Of a stretch of DNA of 64,000 nt, positions 1-13,011 are shown piece by piece. Numbering within the stretch: position 1 is the stretch's first letter; the number at the start of each line of letters is the position of its first letter. Made by a program: the position numbers and the translations under genes. This DNA comes from Tubulanus polymorphus (lineage: Eukaryota > Animalia > Nemertea). The notes below the pieces were generated by a model that saw only the letters and a list, made by a program, of their open reading frames with translations, had not been told where the DNA came from and made no database searches. Location: the NCBI RefSeq assembly GCF_964204645.1, contig NC_134027.1, positions 26,684,560-26,748,559 on the forward strand. The letters run 5' to 3'.

Positions 1-43
1 ATATTATCCGAATATTTTAAGGGAAATTGATGCTTTAACCTAG

Positions 44-3000
44 CTCAAATGTTAACAGTAAACAGTGGAACTGGACTCACAGAGGGGTACGGTACATTTC
101 GATTGCATTCATCGTTTGAATATTGAGATCGTGTGTTTTGATTTTCAGAACTAGTGACCTATCACTGAACACCGATCGTGAATCGAACATCTACGGTGAG
201 ATCGGAGATTACGTAATCGAAACAGCACGACCTCCATCGGTATGTAGCGATAAAAGTATCTCCTCATGTGAGACTGTTAAGAGTCGGGCAAAATCTGAAA
301 GTGGTACAGCAGTGAAGCGCTGTGGATCTAGCAGATTCTATTGCCCATTAGGGGTATGTCTAAGCCATTTTTCAATTGCTGTATATGCAAAGAGTTTCCC
401 GATACACAAATTGCTCCTTAATAGATGATGATAACGGCTTCAATCCCGGAATGTTTACAAATTGATAAATTTATCGCACTGTTTATGTATGGCTTTAATT
501 TATTCATTTTGAACAATGATATAAAGAGATGGCATTTCGAGCACAATTTCATTTCAATCTGGATTCAATTTGTGGATAGGAAATTGTCTTATGCTTCGTT
601 TCAAAATTTCGCTTTTAGTTATTTTCTTTCATTCGTTTTTCGAGGCTAATGTTTTAGATTCTGTTTCGGTTTGTCTTCGTGATTTTTCCCTGCACCTCTT
701 TTTTTTACATATTTGATAAATAGAAAGACTCTGTACCACTCTCAGTAGTCAGTATCATACGAGTATATACGAGATATGTGATTGAACGATATCGCACATA
801 CGGTATTCAAAAACACAATTCACTATTCATCATCAGTCGACTATTCTAGTTTGATGAACTTTGTTAATCAAAAAAGAAATCTTACGTAGAAAATCCTACC
901 AATAAGTAAAAAAAGAGACAAAATGTGTTGCGTTGTAAGTGAGTATATTTACTTAAGCAATAGCCATCATCAGGTGTACTGTATGCCTGATGAGTAATCA
1001 GTATTGGACATGATTGTATAATAGCCCAAATATGTTCACTTTCTACGAAACATTTCATCTCGTTTTTGAACTTATTGTGGGATTTTCTACATATTCATCT
1101 TGCACGGAAACTGTGTTATTATCTAAAAAAAGAAACAATACACAAAAAGTGCAGCGATGGGCGATTAGATTCTGTTTTTCTGGTTCGGGATTTGGGATGG
1201 TTGGTTCTCTAAAGCCGGTCTTCAGCGGAGTTAAACTGTAGGATTTCTTTCCAAAGCTCCATGCGGAAACCACCTGCAAATGACTACGACTAACACCGGA
1301 CATATCGTGTCACGTGACCGATGACCAGCAGAAGGTAATCAATGGATGCCCCCCCTGAAGACCAGCTTTAACTATAGTGATGTCTGTTATCCACTGATCT
1401 GCTTGATCCTGTTCTTTGGTGCAACAGTTTGATACAAAATTCTTATGAACTTAAGATACGTGTTTGTTTATAATGTTGTATGTTTGTAATCCCAGCGCTG
1501 CTTTTTGCTTATGATTAATGATGTAATATAGACCTTATGTTGTTTTATATTGTCGTACGTTTCTTACAGGAATAATTATATTCACCGAAGCTTGTTCACC
1601 TTCACACAGCGCATGAGATTCATTACTAGCATGAAATATCTGTACTTTTATCATCGTTATTATTGCACACAGAAATTCTCGCAACGTTGGTTCAGAAAAC
1701 ATGAGACCAAGTTCCAGAGTTGTGAGTTTAGATTCGACTCGCGAACTCACAACTATGAAACTGGGTCCGGTTTACGGAATGAATAATTCGTTGTTCATTC
1801 GCGGTATTTTCTGTAAATTGATCGTACAGAAATTCTGATCTGTTTTAATTTTAGGCTGAAGAAAACTCTGAGATGAACCCGGTATGAATTTTTGGTGATG
1901 GCTTAACCGTGGATTTTGATAAATAAAAACGATACTAACAGCAATTAAAACTGCTTCAAACCCATTAACCTGTCTATTGTCCTGATTGAATTTTAAAGAC
2001 AGTAGAAATAGAAGAATCACTGGTTCCACTCAGTTCTAATAAAGTTAATAACGCTTATGATTTTGTTAACAAAAAATCATGATATCATCAATAGTTATTC
2101 ATCGATCTTTCAATCTTCTCTCTATCTCGTGTTGGTTTTTGCACTGATATATACTTCGCACATTTCGAGTAGATGATATGATTCTGCTTTAAGTTTTCAC
2201 ACGATTCTACGCTTCGTTAACTCCGTGATTAACTAACCTGTATTTACTGTAGAATTGCACTAACAGATTATCTATAACACACCTTTCCCTATCGTGTGTC
2301 TCCAGGACATTAAAGTTACCGTTCGACCACCTCTTCCTGTACAGATGAGATCTCTTTGCGCGAGCGTATTTCGATCTTCTTTACGAGAACGTCCTCGATC
2401 AGACGTCTATCCTCTTAAACAGGTAATATGCACTCCTTCCTCCCACTACCACAACATGTATCGAATTATGTCATCACTTGATGCAGACATCAGAAATAAC
2501 GTATATATAACAAGAATATATATCGGTCACATTTATTTTGTATTTGGATAACGTTTTTTTTTTTCATCGCTTTAAACAAGTTTTCGTTCATTTTCGCGAG
2601 AAAAGGTGTTGAAATCTTTCGTGCAATTTTTTAATTACTTTTTCTTGAACCCTTATGAAATCATAAAAGGTGTAAATGTATGAGCACAGCTTTTGAGTAG
2701 TAGTAGGTGGTGGTGGTGGCGGTAATAGTAAACTCTGTAATGCATGTCATTAACATCTTCCTCTTTTATCTCAAATAATCTTTAATCTTTCGTGCTGTCT
2801 GTTTTTGAAGCATATTGGAAATGAAAATATTACAAATAAACATATAACATTTAACGGTTGTGGCATTACTCGTTTAAACTATTTCTGTAGTATTTTTGAT
2901 GAATGCTCTTTTTTCTATAATTGATTAATTCAGGCTTCAGAGTCCAACAACAATAAAAGCAATTTGATACAAAAACCAGCCAGTGATTCGAATCTGAATC

Positions 3001-5883
3001 GAATAAGTGCTGATAGCAGTACTGGTGTATCGTCACTCAGTGGTTCAGGTCAGTAGTTTAATTGCATTTGCGTAATCAGGTATTACTGTAACCACGATCC
3101 AGTTCCATAGTTCTACGTTGAAAATATGTAGAGAATCGCGAAAATGTCCGATAATGTTTCCTTGAGTTTAGTAGTTTGTTCAAAATTTCTTCTATATAAA
3201 TATTCTAATAGTCATCTTCAGGAATACTGTTCTTCAGTAACGCAGTATTCTTGAAGATGACTATTAGAATATAGTCGAAACGTTGATTAAACTACTAATT
3301 CAAGGAAAAGACGAGAAGATACACGATATCCGTGTATGATGATAACGAGAGAAATCCCACAATAACGAAGCCAAGATTGAAAAATTCTATATCAGAATGA
3401 TTATATTTGAGGAGCGATGTTTCGGCTAACAACTGTTAGCCATCATCAGGCGTACCAAAATGACAGGGTACTGTACGCAATAGTTGTTAGCCGAAACGTC
3501 GCTCCTCAAATATAATCATTCTGATATTGAATTTTTCAATCTTGGCTTCGTTATTGTGGGATTTCTCTCGTAATTCAAGGAAACTTTTATAACAGGATTC
3601 TCTACATATTATCCTCATAACACAGATCGAGTCATTTATAAATGGTTATTCTAGGTTGAAATATGACTGAACCAGTTAACATCGAAAATGAACTAATTTT
3701 GAAGCAAGTGAAACTGAATACTCTGGTACTGGATCCAGTATTATTATTTTGTAATCTATTAAGACCTAATGCATGCAGTCACTTTCTATACATAACCTAG
3801 AGTTAGTTTTCTACTACTGATTGAAAGATGAACACGATATTTTTGACTTCAGTAGTTAGTATGGTCAAGTGTTTGACCCCCGATAGCGGCATAGTAACGT
3901 CTAGTGGGAATAGTAGCCCTTCTCGGCAGTCGCAGGAAAGTAATGACGTTTTTGAAACTGATAACGCTGCCACCGGGCCACCTCTTCCACCGAGAAAATG
4001 TTCGTTATCCGGTGAGTTCCAATTGTGCGAAATTGGATCAGGGAATTTAGAATAGATTTTAGCTTTTTACAATATCTTATATCCCAGAAATACACGTACA
4101 CAGTATATGATATGTTTTCTATAAAGCATGATTATATATCTTTAACTCTCCTTTATAATTAGTTTAATATATATATATGTATTAAATTGAAATTTCAACT
4201 TCTTCTTATTTTCAATTCAATTGAATTCCTAAGTTCACTGATTATAATTGGATTATTTTTAGAATCCGATGCTGAGAAAGCTAAACCACCGATTCCCGAA
4301 CGCCAATTCTTAAGCAAAAGGGTAAGTGAATCACTGATGATTGTCTGTGCGATATTATTGGTATATCATTGAAATACGTATGATATATTTACATCTATTA
4401 AAAAGGTTCAACGGTCCTCCAAGGATCCAAGGTTTTAGTTAGAATAAGTATGTATTGAAATAAGTGTGTTCAAGCTGTAGCCAACAACGTACAGAGCCAG
4501 ACTCTACGACCGGGTCCTCAATTCAGTAATGTTCTTACTCTTTAAAATTGAATTTTAATTGAGAATTCTTGTACTGGATCCAGACTTGTGATTTAATCTA
4601 ACTCTTAAATGTGTGTTGTTGGCTCTGCTCAAAGTGTGAAGAAAATCAGAAATGCTATGAAGCTTTGATTGCACACAATCTACCGGTACCCAAGAAAAGC
4701 CATAAAACTAGTTCTGAAATTGTTCGTCGTTCGATACTGCAGTTATTAAAGTGATGATTTCTTGTATGTTCAGGTCTCTTTCATGTAAAACATTCAGGAT
4801 TTAGATATATTTATATTGATGATAGTAAGTTTACGCAGATTCCTCACTGAGCACAGATTGAGTTGTGAGTTGTATGATTATGCGTACATGACATATATAC
4901 TTAGGTCACTCTTGCAGGCTTTTATCAAATATGTATATAACTTCATCACACTGAAATTTAACCAGATATAAAACCAACAATAAATGTATGGTAGTTATTT
5001 CTAACATTAGTGTTGTGTCCACTGATAGCACCTTATTTTCAGTATAGGTTTCTATATTTTAAGGTTAAGACCTCAGGGTTTGTAGGGAAGGTTTGGGATT
5101 ATTTGGTCATCCATTTATGATTGGTAGAACTTAGAATACAGTACTCAAGACTGAAGACTATAGATTTGAATTTTCAGCATGAATATCTTATTTTCATTTA
5201 GTGGAAAAGAATATAAATCAGGGCTGTACCTAGCGGGGGCAGTTGCCTCTCAGAAATTTCCCTTTTTGCAAATATTATTGATTTATCCGGTAGAGTTGCC
5301 CTTTTTCAGGATTCTCTGCCCCCAAAATTCAATGGCTCGGTACAGCCCTATATACATATCCAATACATACATAGGCTCTATCCAATTTGAGATTGGAAAA
5401 AATGTATAATGAAACTGGCTTAATTCGGATCAATCCGGATCTTAATCTAATATGGATATTATTTACAGTCCATTAATACATGTAAACTATGTTCAATCCT
5501 GATTTCTGATAAACTCGGTGAATTTTGCTTTGTCCAAACTGATCCGAATTAAGCGGTTTTTGTTTGATTCGATCGATAATAGCTGAATGAATGTTTTCGA
5601 AATTTTCGTTCAGGTGTCTGCACCACAAATAATGACGGCATCAGAGTTGAGTAAATTAACGGCGAATATCGCGTCGGCGGTAACCGTAGAGGAGGAAGAT
5701 GAAGAGGCGCCTGATTTACCACCGAGTTTACCACCGAAAAAACTTGGCAAGTCGTTTCACGGCAAATCGACTCACGGTTCACCGATTCAACGAGCTGCTT
5801 CGATATTCACACATACTCATCCTGAAACTCCTCGTCTGCCCCCAAAACCTCGTAAAGCAAGTACGCCTAACATTAGAATGTGA
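44..5883 (+). CDS. 3' exons of a Ser/Pro-rich protein, probably the DOCK3/DOCK4-like GEF C-terminal tail (gene begins upstream of the window)
   Basis: Phase-consistent GT-AG exons at about 44-86, 149-353, 2306-2422, 2934-3048, 3853-4011, 4263-4321 and 5614-5883 (TGA). Several SH3-ligand motifs (PPLPPRK, KPPIPER, PPSLPPKK, PRLPPKPRK). RERPRSDVYP resembles the recalled DOCK4 motif RERPCSAIYP. Family call is tentative. Confidence 0.55.
3121..3610. mobile_element. Composite inverted-repeat element with hammerhead-like cores (Penelope-like remnant) and a nested insertion
   Basis: Outer inverted ends AATATGTAGAGAATC/GATTCTCTACATATT. Inner hairpin 3203-3271. Nested near-perfect hairpin 3345-3571 flanked by the direct repeat TAATTCAAGGAAA (3296-3308 and 3571-3583). 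Confidence 0.65.
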
Positions 5884-6877
5884 TATCTACGTTCGTTTAT
5901 GCACGTTTTTAGATTCGAATTAACTGGTCACAATAGAAACTGTTAAACTGGCTTAAGTCATCATAGTTGGGAAGATCTTTATGTTGACAACTTACACTTT
6001 GTAAATTGTTTTGGAAATTTAAATTGATACAACTTGAGTAATGTGATAACTTCTAGCTGTATTGGCAATAAAAATTGGGACTCCAAAATAGAAATGACTT
6101 ATGTGACCTCTTATGAAAACTTACGCTTTCGAAAATTGTATTGCAAATATAGATTTAGGCGAAAGAATACAGATGACTTTAGTAATGTGCAGACTTATCT
6201 GATGATGACTTAAGTAAGTTTGACTATATCTGGTAAAACTGAGATAATCATATTATTTGAATGTGAATTATGATATGTACATTTTGTATAAAACTTTGTC
6301 GTCTCATCTGTTGTTGATATTACGTATTACACCAGAAATTAATGAAATTGTTTATATATGAAATGAATGATATATGGTGCTAATGATGAATATATCTGTT
6401 TAAATTTATCTCTTGTTTTTTTTTTCATGTGTCAAAAGCGTTTGACATTTATATTTCATGTATTTTCTACGTTTAGAACAAGGTTTATCTTAATTAGCAT
6501 AATAATTAATTGTAGATCGTTTGTACGTTAATACGTTTATAATATTTTGTATGATATTTTCATTGATAATCATGCGTTGAAATCATATTGATTATGTATT
6601 AATCTCCGCACTCATATGAATATAATGTGTGTTGTGTACGTTAAATGTTCAATATGTAACTGTTTTATAACGTCAAATTTCAACTATTTACTTTAATAGA
6701 TTCTATTATCATGAATTACGAATTTAAACGTTATATATCGAAGTTAATTTTTAATAGAAGTATTTTATGTGTAATTTCTGGATTAGAGTCAAAGTTTATT
6801 ATACGTTAATTCACCTCAGATTATCACGGATAAATTCAATCACATTTTGCTCAAAATTTGAATTAGGCTACATTCAA

Positions 6878-6966
6878 GGAACCCAGTTCCACAGTTCTGA
6901 GTTTAGATTTAACTCGACATTTGACTGATATGATTAATTTCAACTCTAACTGTGGAACTGGATCCA
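6878..6966. mobile_element. Short palindromic MITE (GGATCCAGTTCCACAGTT family, PIF/Harbinger-like)
   Basis: TIR CCAGTTCCACAGTT...AACTGTGGAACTGG. Related copies near 1705, 8042, 18113, 35970, 36037, 39455 and 46709. Confidence 0.75.
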
Positions 6967-8041
6967 GTAGTATAGATTAAGCTATATTGTTACTTTTTGC
7001 AATGTGCTTAACTATAATGGGTTAAAAAGCCACGAAAGAATATTCAATCTATTTTGTACTATCACTATATACGGACAAAACCTGTAATAACTTCCCGTAA
7101 ACCATCTGTAAATAAGAATTCAAATACAAGTTATGTTTCACTGGTGATTTTCTTGATTCACCCTAAAATTCCAATCGTTCACGACCAACAATCTGTATAT
7201 TCTATGATATTTCATTATCACTTATGGTATTTTTGAAACGGTTAAGATTTCTTAACTTATTTCGTAATAAAAAGAAATCATTTAAGAAAGGAAAGATTCT
7301 TTTAGTTTTTTTTTTGGAATTTTCTGAAAATTCAAGCTCCACTGTAACGGAGGAGGGACAATCGACATCCTCGTGAGTAACTGCCCAATAACTCCAACAG
7401 AAATAGAATTCCCGAACTCCAGTGAAGAAATCCTTCCAGTGACCACCGACACCATCCTCGAGAAAATTCACTGAATAACCATTCAATTAATATTCATCTT
7501 TTTACTTATTTTAAAAATTTGTTTATTTACGAAGTCAAGTCATTCTTATAACACAGTATATCCACACTTGGAATGAAATGCAATCAAATCTTCAATGAAA
7601 TCATTTAAACCTCTACGACCACAACTGATATGACTTACTGTAGACTTACTGTAGACTCTTATGTTTATAGTGTAATAATTTCAGTATTCAATGAAACATA
7701 TTCAATCCTCTATTTTAACTATTACAATAATAACAACCACTTTACTTATTGAATTCTTATAACAGAAATCTATATATGAAGCTACATTTATTTATATGAC
7801 TAGAACCAAACTTATGGCTAAACAAAAACGACACGTTGTTTCTTGTAGACGGCCGGGTCTTTTTCTAAACTGCGATAAAATTTGTAATCAGTTCATTTCG
7901 TAAACTGCCAGGTCTGTTATTGTTAGCTTAATCATTTTAGAAGAAAGTAATGTACAGGGTAGATAGGCGCCCGGCCGGGTCAACTTTTAAGATCCACGGA
8001 AATGAGAAACAAAGTATCAACTTTTAGCCTAGCGTTGATAC

Positions 8042-8150
8042 GGACCCAGTTCCACAGTTCTGAATTAGAATTAACTCTGAGTTAAAGTTAGTTCATTTTC
8101 AATGAGTTAACTTAGAGTTAAATCTTAACTCACAACTGTGGAACTGGACC
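8042..8150. mobile_element. Palindromic MITE, same family, most intact copy
   Basis: GGACCCAGTTCCACAGTT...AACTGTGGAACTGGACC, with internal inverted symmetry. Confidence 0.8.
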
Positions 8151-8329
8151 GTGAATTTAATTCATCCAGCACACAATGCTCAAAATCCCTCAACATCAAC
8201 TGGGATTTACTCGACTTAAGTCTGTAACTTTAACAACGACTTTCAATTCTGTGATTCTCAACTCACGACGCAATAAGATTCACTAACATAGCAGCTGTTC
8301 CTGTAGGCTTCGTGGTTCCAATCCATATA

Positions 8330-8585
8330 CAGGGTCCGATCTAAGGAATGAAAGCCACTTGCCCAAGGGCAAGCATATCTGAAATTTTGCTTGCCCCCTC
8401 CAAAAGCTACTTGCCCTACTCAGGCAGTCCGATTGGTGGCACTATCATCTGTTGTATCAAGTTGGAAAGAAGCTTTGAGACATAAAATTGCACTAGACTT
8501 GGGACAAGTGATAATGATAACCTACTTGCCCTGATGAGAATATACTTGTCCCGGGCAATCGGACAAGTGCTTAGATCTGACCCTG
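8330..8585. mobile_element. Non-autonomous DNA transposon with CAGGG termini
   Basis: TIRs CAGGGTCCGATCTAAG/CTTAGATCTGACCCTG, with ATATA on both flanks. Confidence 0.7.
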
Positions 8586-8768
8586 ATATAGACTGCCTAT
8601 AAATGAACCAAAACCTACTCGAGACCGCAGAATTGTCAATTCACGACCACCCAAATATTGAACTTTCATCGAAAATGCAATCATTATGAAACAAACTCAT
8701 ACATCATTCATCACTCATATATAAATAACATTCATACTGTATTCACACATTCAGATCTAACAGTAATA

Positions 8769-11700
8769 TTAATTATGTTTCACAGATATAAGTATTATAA
8801 TTAATAATATAATCGTCACTGCTAATCCTAATATACACAACATTTTTCGATTCTTTTTCTGATATTTTTCCGCTTTTTGTAACTGTTGCAGCCCGGATTC
8901 GACTGTCGATTGCGTTTGTTCTAAATTGAAATCGATACGATCGAGAATCGTCCCCTGAAATCAAAAATACACAAAGAAATCTATTTAAAAGATAAATTAT
9001 CAGGGGCGGATCTAGGGTTTGATTCAGGGAGTGGCGTACTCATCTTAATGTACCATAATTAAATGGGCACCCAGAGAGAAAACTCGTCAGAACACTCAGA
9101 TTTACTCATTTTTTGGCAATACAGAGAAGAAGTTTTTGAATTTAAACTATTTTAGGTATCAATTTAATATTTTTCATCTTCGCATAAAACTTCAGGGGCC
9201 GGTTGCATAGTCATGGCTTAGACTTAAGACCAGTCTAAGACCAACTTAGTTCTATAACCAATCTAACAACTTAAGACCAATCTTAAGATTTAAGACCACT
9301 TTCGGACTTAAGTCACGACTGTGCAACTGGACCCTGGGCAAATCGACATTCCTAGGGGGAATCAGTACCCCTTGCGATTATGACTTTTTGTGACTTTTTT
9401 CAGCGACTTACTTGATCAACGACCATCGAAGCGAGATCTTTAAATATCTCATTCAGGTCGTGTATTGATCGTACGATCTGAGCTATTTCCTTTTCTCGTT
9501 GTTGAACCATTATTGAATTATCTTCGACTATTCGTAGTTGTACATCTGTAAAACCCTTTAAAAACAAAACAACAACATATTTCATAATTCAGCAGAGAGA
9601 TGTAGTGGATGAGTAGTTCAAGTCTCAGTGAGTTAAGGGTTTATTCGTTCAAATTCTAGTGGAATCAGTACAGTCTCAGTTCTTCTCTGGTCCCTCTCCC
9701 CTTCACAGGAAAAAGAAACCTCAAACCTACTTATAATGCCACGAGTGGGATGCATGCGATCGAGGGGAACCGGCTTTTGATATGGTACTCAAGTGGATTG
9801 AGGGATGATAATTACCCGATCATAAACTTCATCTTCTGCCGTCGTTTGTTCGTCCATGAATGTCATATCAGTTTGAAAGTATCTATTTGAACGTTCCTCT
9901 CGGTTTTTCAATTCTGTAAAACAGTAATTCAATACAAACACTCTCAATATAGTAACGAGACAAACTCCTCGCTGGTCCATAATCACTACATACTTTTCAG
10001 ATAGTTCGACTGTCCTTGTCGGAACGTAGTTGATAATTCCGTTAAAGTCCGCGCTAGCGCATTCGTTATATTGTTAGTAACTTTTTGTTCCTGTATCGTA
10101 GCGTGGCGCCCCTTAGCGACTATTTGCTGAACTAATCTCTGACATCTCGAAAACATCTGAAATACAAAAACAATCATCAGATTGTGTATAATTCAGAGTT
10201 AGAACTGACTAAAAAATGTGAAACTAAGACTTCGTTAATTTAACCTGTGTTATTTCTCTAGTTTGAATTTCAATAGCGTGTTCTTCGTCAACGCTGTCGT
10301 CCAACGTCGGACGATTCATATGTTTGTCGTGAAGTGTCGATAATTCTTTCCCTGAAATAAACATATTATTATTATTATTATCACTAGTGTATCTATCAAA
10401 TTTATAGTGCCTGTATCAACACCTGGGCTAGGTTTCATAGACGCGGAAGAAAAATAGTCCCTGGGAATATTTTGAAATTTCGTCAGTTATAACCAAGGTT
10501 TCTCATTGTTACTATGGTGGTTGTCGCCCAGATTGAGGATTTACCCCTAGGATAACTTTTATACTCGGTCTATGAAACCGGACCATGATGTGAAAAAAGA
10601 CACATGTGTGTGTATACCAGATTTGTGTTTTTAGACGTCTTCTGAAGATCTGATAGACTGTCTGATGCCCTAATGTCTATTTATTAATGGATGAGACCTG
10701 TTTTTCTGGGATATTTTGCTTACTTTTTGGGGTACATACCTCATTTATGTCTTAACAGAATGCCAAAAATCGCGGACAACAACTGAATATCCGATATATT
10801 TCCAGTTCTGTACCAATTAGATGGATTGGCAAAAAGACTCCTTAAGTCCAGTTGAATGAGAGAGAAAATCCCCCATTTTGTGAAATTTCTTGGATTTGAA
10901 CATTGTTACCATGCCTACGCCACCCTGATTTATAGTTGTTGAGACCCCACAAGAAAAATAACTTCATTTTGTAGGCATGGTGACAATGTAAAAATTCAAG
11001 AAATTTCACAAAATGGAGGATTTTCTCTCTCATTCAACTGGACTTAAGGAGTCTTTTTGCCAATCCATCTAATTGGTACGGAACTGGAAATATATCGGAT
11101 ATTCAGTTGTTGTCCGCGATTTTTGGCATTCTGTTAAGACATAAATGAGGTATGTACCCCAAAAAGTGAGCAAAATATCCCAGAAAAACAGGTCTCATCA
11201 ATTAATCAATAGACATTAGTATTCAATATACACTGAGGAGGAAACTTTTTACTTACATTTTTGTTTAATTCTTGACACTTCGTATTGTACTTCTTCGACC
11301 CCATCAATCCTTCAATAAAAGTAGATTGTAAAAGTTTATACCGAAATTTTCAACGCAACACAATCGGATCATTGATTTCGAAACGGATCATACCATTCGG
11401 GAGGTAATTTATTCGTCGGGGAGTTATTACTGAGTCCTAATTCAACGTCTCTCGAAGAATGTGAAACTAGAGCCGTCCTATCATCGCTGTATGTCTGAAA
11501 TAGAACAAACATCACCTAAACTCAAACATGGCCAACTCAGACTAACCGGGCCAAAAAACAAGGAAATGATCTTCTGACTTGCGCCGATCTTTAAATTAAC
11601 TCGGACTTCGCTCAAGACTCGGGACTTATTTTTTTCTGGCCCCAGTTTATCCGAGTTAGGTATGGTAGAACTGAAAATATTCAATCTGGAATTAACCGAT

Positions 11701-12515
11701 TTTATAAACATCAAGGATAGAAAACGGAATAAACTAAAACTAGACAGAGAACCCAGATCCGAAAGACACAGCAATTTATTGTGAAAACCAGGCTAAAACT
11801 AACAAAGTTACGATCAATTAAAGCAAACAAATTACTAAGACACAGGGTCTGACACTCATTGGTCCGCTCTCAATGACCGGTCCAGTCTCAGTGACCGGGA
11901 TAGTGGTCCATGAAAGTGGTCAAATTTATTATCAATTGAAACAAGCCCTTCTAAGAGAAGGCCTGACGCGAGTTTTTTTTCCCCAGGGTCCAGTATCCAG
12001 GTACAATCTAAGGAAACTGGTACCTCGGTTAAGGATATTGAATTGGTGTAAAAAAAATCCGGCATCAGGTCCCGCGTGTAAAAAGGGTAAGACCGCAGCT
12101 AAGGTGGTAAGGGGCAAAAAGGGACGTAAAATGTCCGAGGATGTCTATGCAGTTTAACTCTCTCTACCCAACAAGCAGTCTCAAAATTGGTAACACACAC
12201 ATGCAGCAGTGTTCTCTATCATCACGACGAGAAGCAGGATAGCGAAACTTAAATTCGTTGCAACCAAACGACGACAGCAAACATCAGAGAAGAGCTGATT
12301 CACACGCACGGAACGCACGCACTCACCGCCAGTAGTGACTGCTGAGGAGAGCCGCAGGAACCACCGGAATCTGCAGCAGGATCAGCAGGATGATGATGCA
12401 GATGAGTTGATGATGCAGGGAGTTTGCTACTCACTTGTTCTGAGAATATATGCCGATTTTGCATGGCATTATTCCTCATCAAGATGAACACCTCTGTTAG
12501 ACTTCTAGTTGCCAT
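8769..12515 (-). CDS. STX16: Syntaxin-16 (Qa-SNARE), 8 coding exons
   Basis: Exons 12435-12515, 11394-11494, 11257-11309, 10245-10351, 9994-10156, 9816-9913, 9412-9555 and 8769-8954. N-peptide [34 protein letters not shown] motif [37 protein letters not shown], then [11 protein letters not shown] and a C-terminal TM helix. Confidence 0.95.
9196..9333. mobile_element. MITE (GGGCCRGTTGCA family)
   Basis: TIRs GGGCCGGTTGCA/TGCAACTGGACC. A homologous copy lies in opposite orientation at about 21007-21125. Confidence 0.75.
10670..11219. repeat. Long foldback inverted repeat in STX16 intron 3
   Basis: Arms 10670-10918 and 10971-11219 are near-perfect reverse complements around a 52-bp loop. Confidence 0.92.
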
Positions 12516-13011
12516 TATTTAGGGTTTTTTCGAGCAGAAATTCATGAAATTTGAAGATTTTAGTAGCACCGGAAGTGTTTATTAATGACAGCCAATTCAA
12601 TTCAATTTGACCTTTATTGGCCCTTAACTAGGACATAATTTTGAGATATTTTTCGTAAATCTAAATAAGTAGATTAAGAAATTGAATTGAAAATACTAAG
12701 GAAAATTTAACATAGAATTGATTTGCATTCCAAAATTTAGAATAATGAAAAGAAATCATCTGAAAAGTTTAAGTGCAAAGATTTTTCTAAATAGCAAATA
12801 TTTTGACAATTGATAATTAATTAGTTTTTGAATGATAAGATTTGCTTTGATCTCGCACTATTCAAGCATATCAGTACATCATTTGATACAATAAATAATT
12901 TGTAATTCACGTCGTTTCAGTTACGGATTTTTATTTTCTAGATCATAACAATATGGCGACCTCCATGAAAATAATTTTTTTCTAAAAATCGTCGGTAGAT
13001 CTTCAATAAAA
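12516..13011. promoter_or_regulatory. Probable bidirectional promoter region for STX16 and RNF123
   Basis: The divergent ATGs are about 500 bp apart. ETS-type motif ACCGGAAGT at 12568. Confidence 0.5.

Noticed and set aside
1241-1335. Possible extra exon of the DOCK-like gene (AG...AAG|GTAATC)
   Set aside because: It is 95 nt, frame-shifting and has an in-frame stop, so it cannot be supported as coding.
11873-12157. 94-aa ORF in STX16 intron 1
   Set aside because: No recognisable domain or splice context. Likely a chance ORF in repeat-derived sequence.
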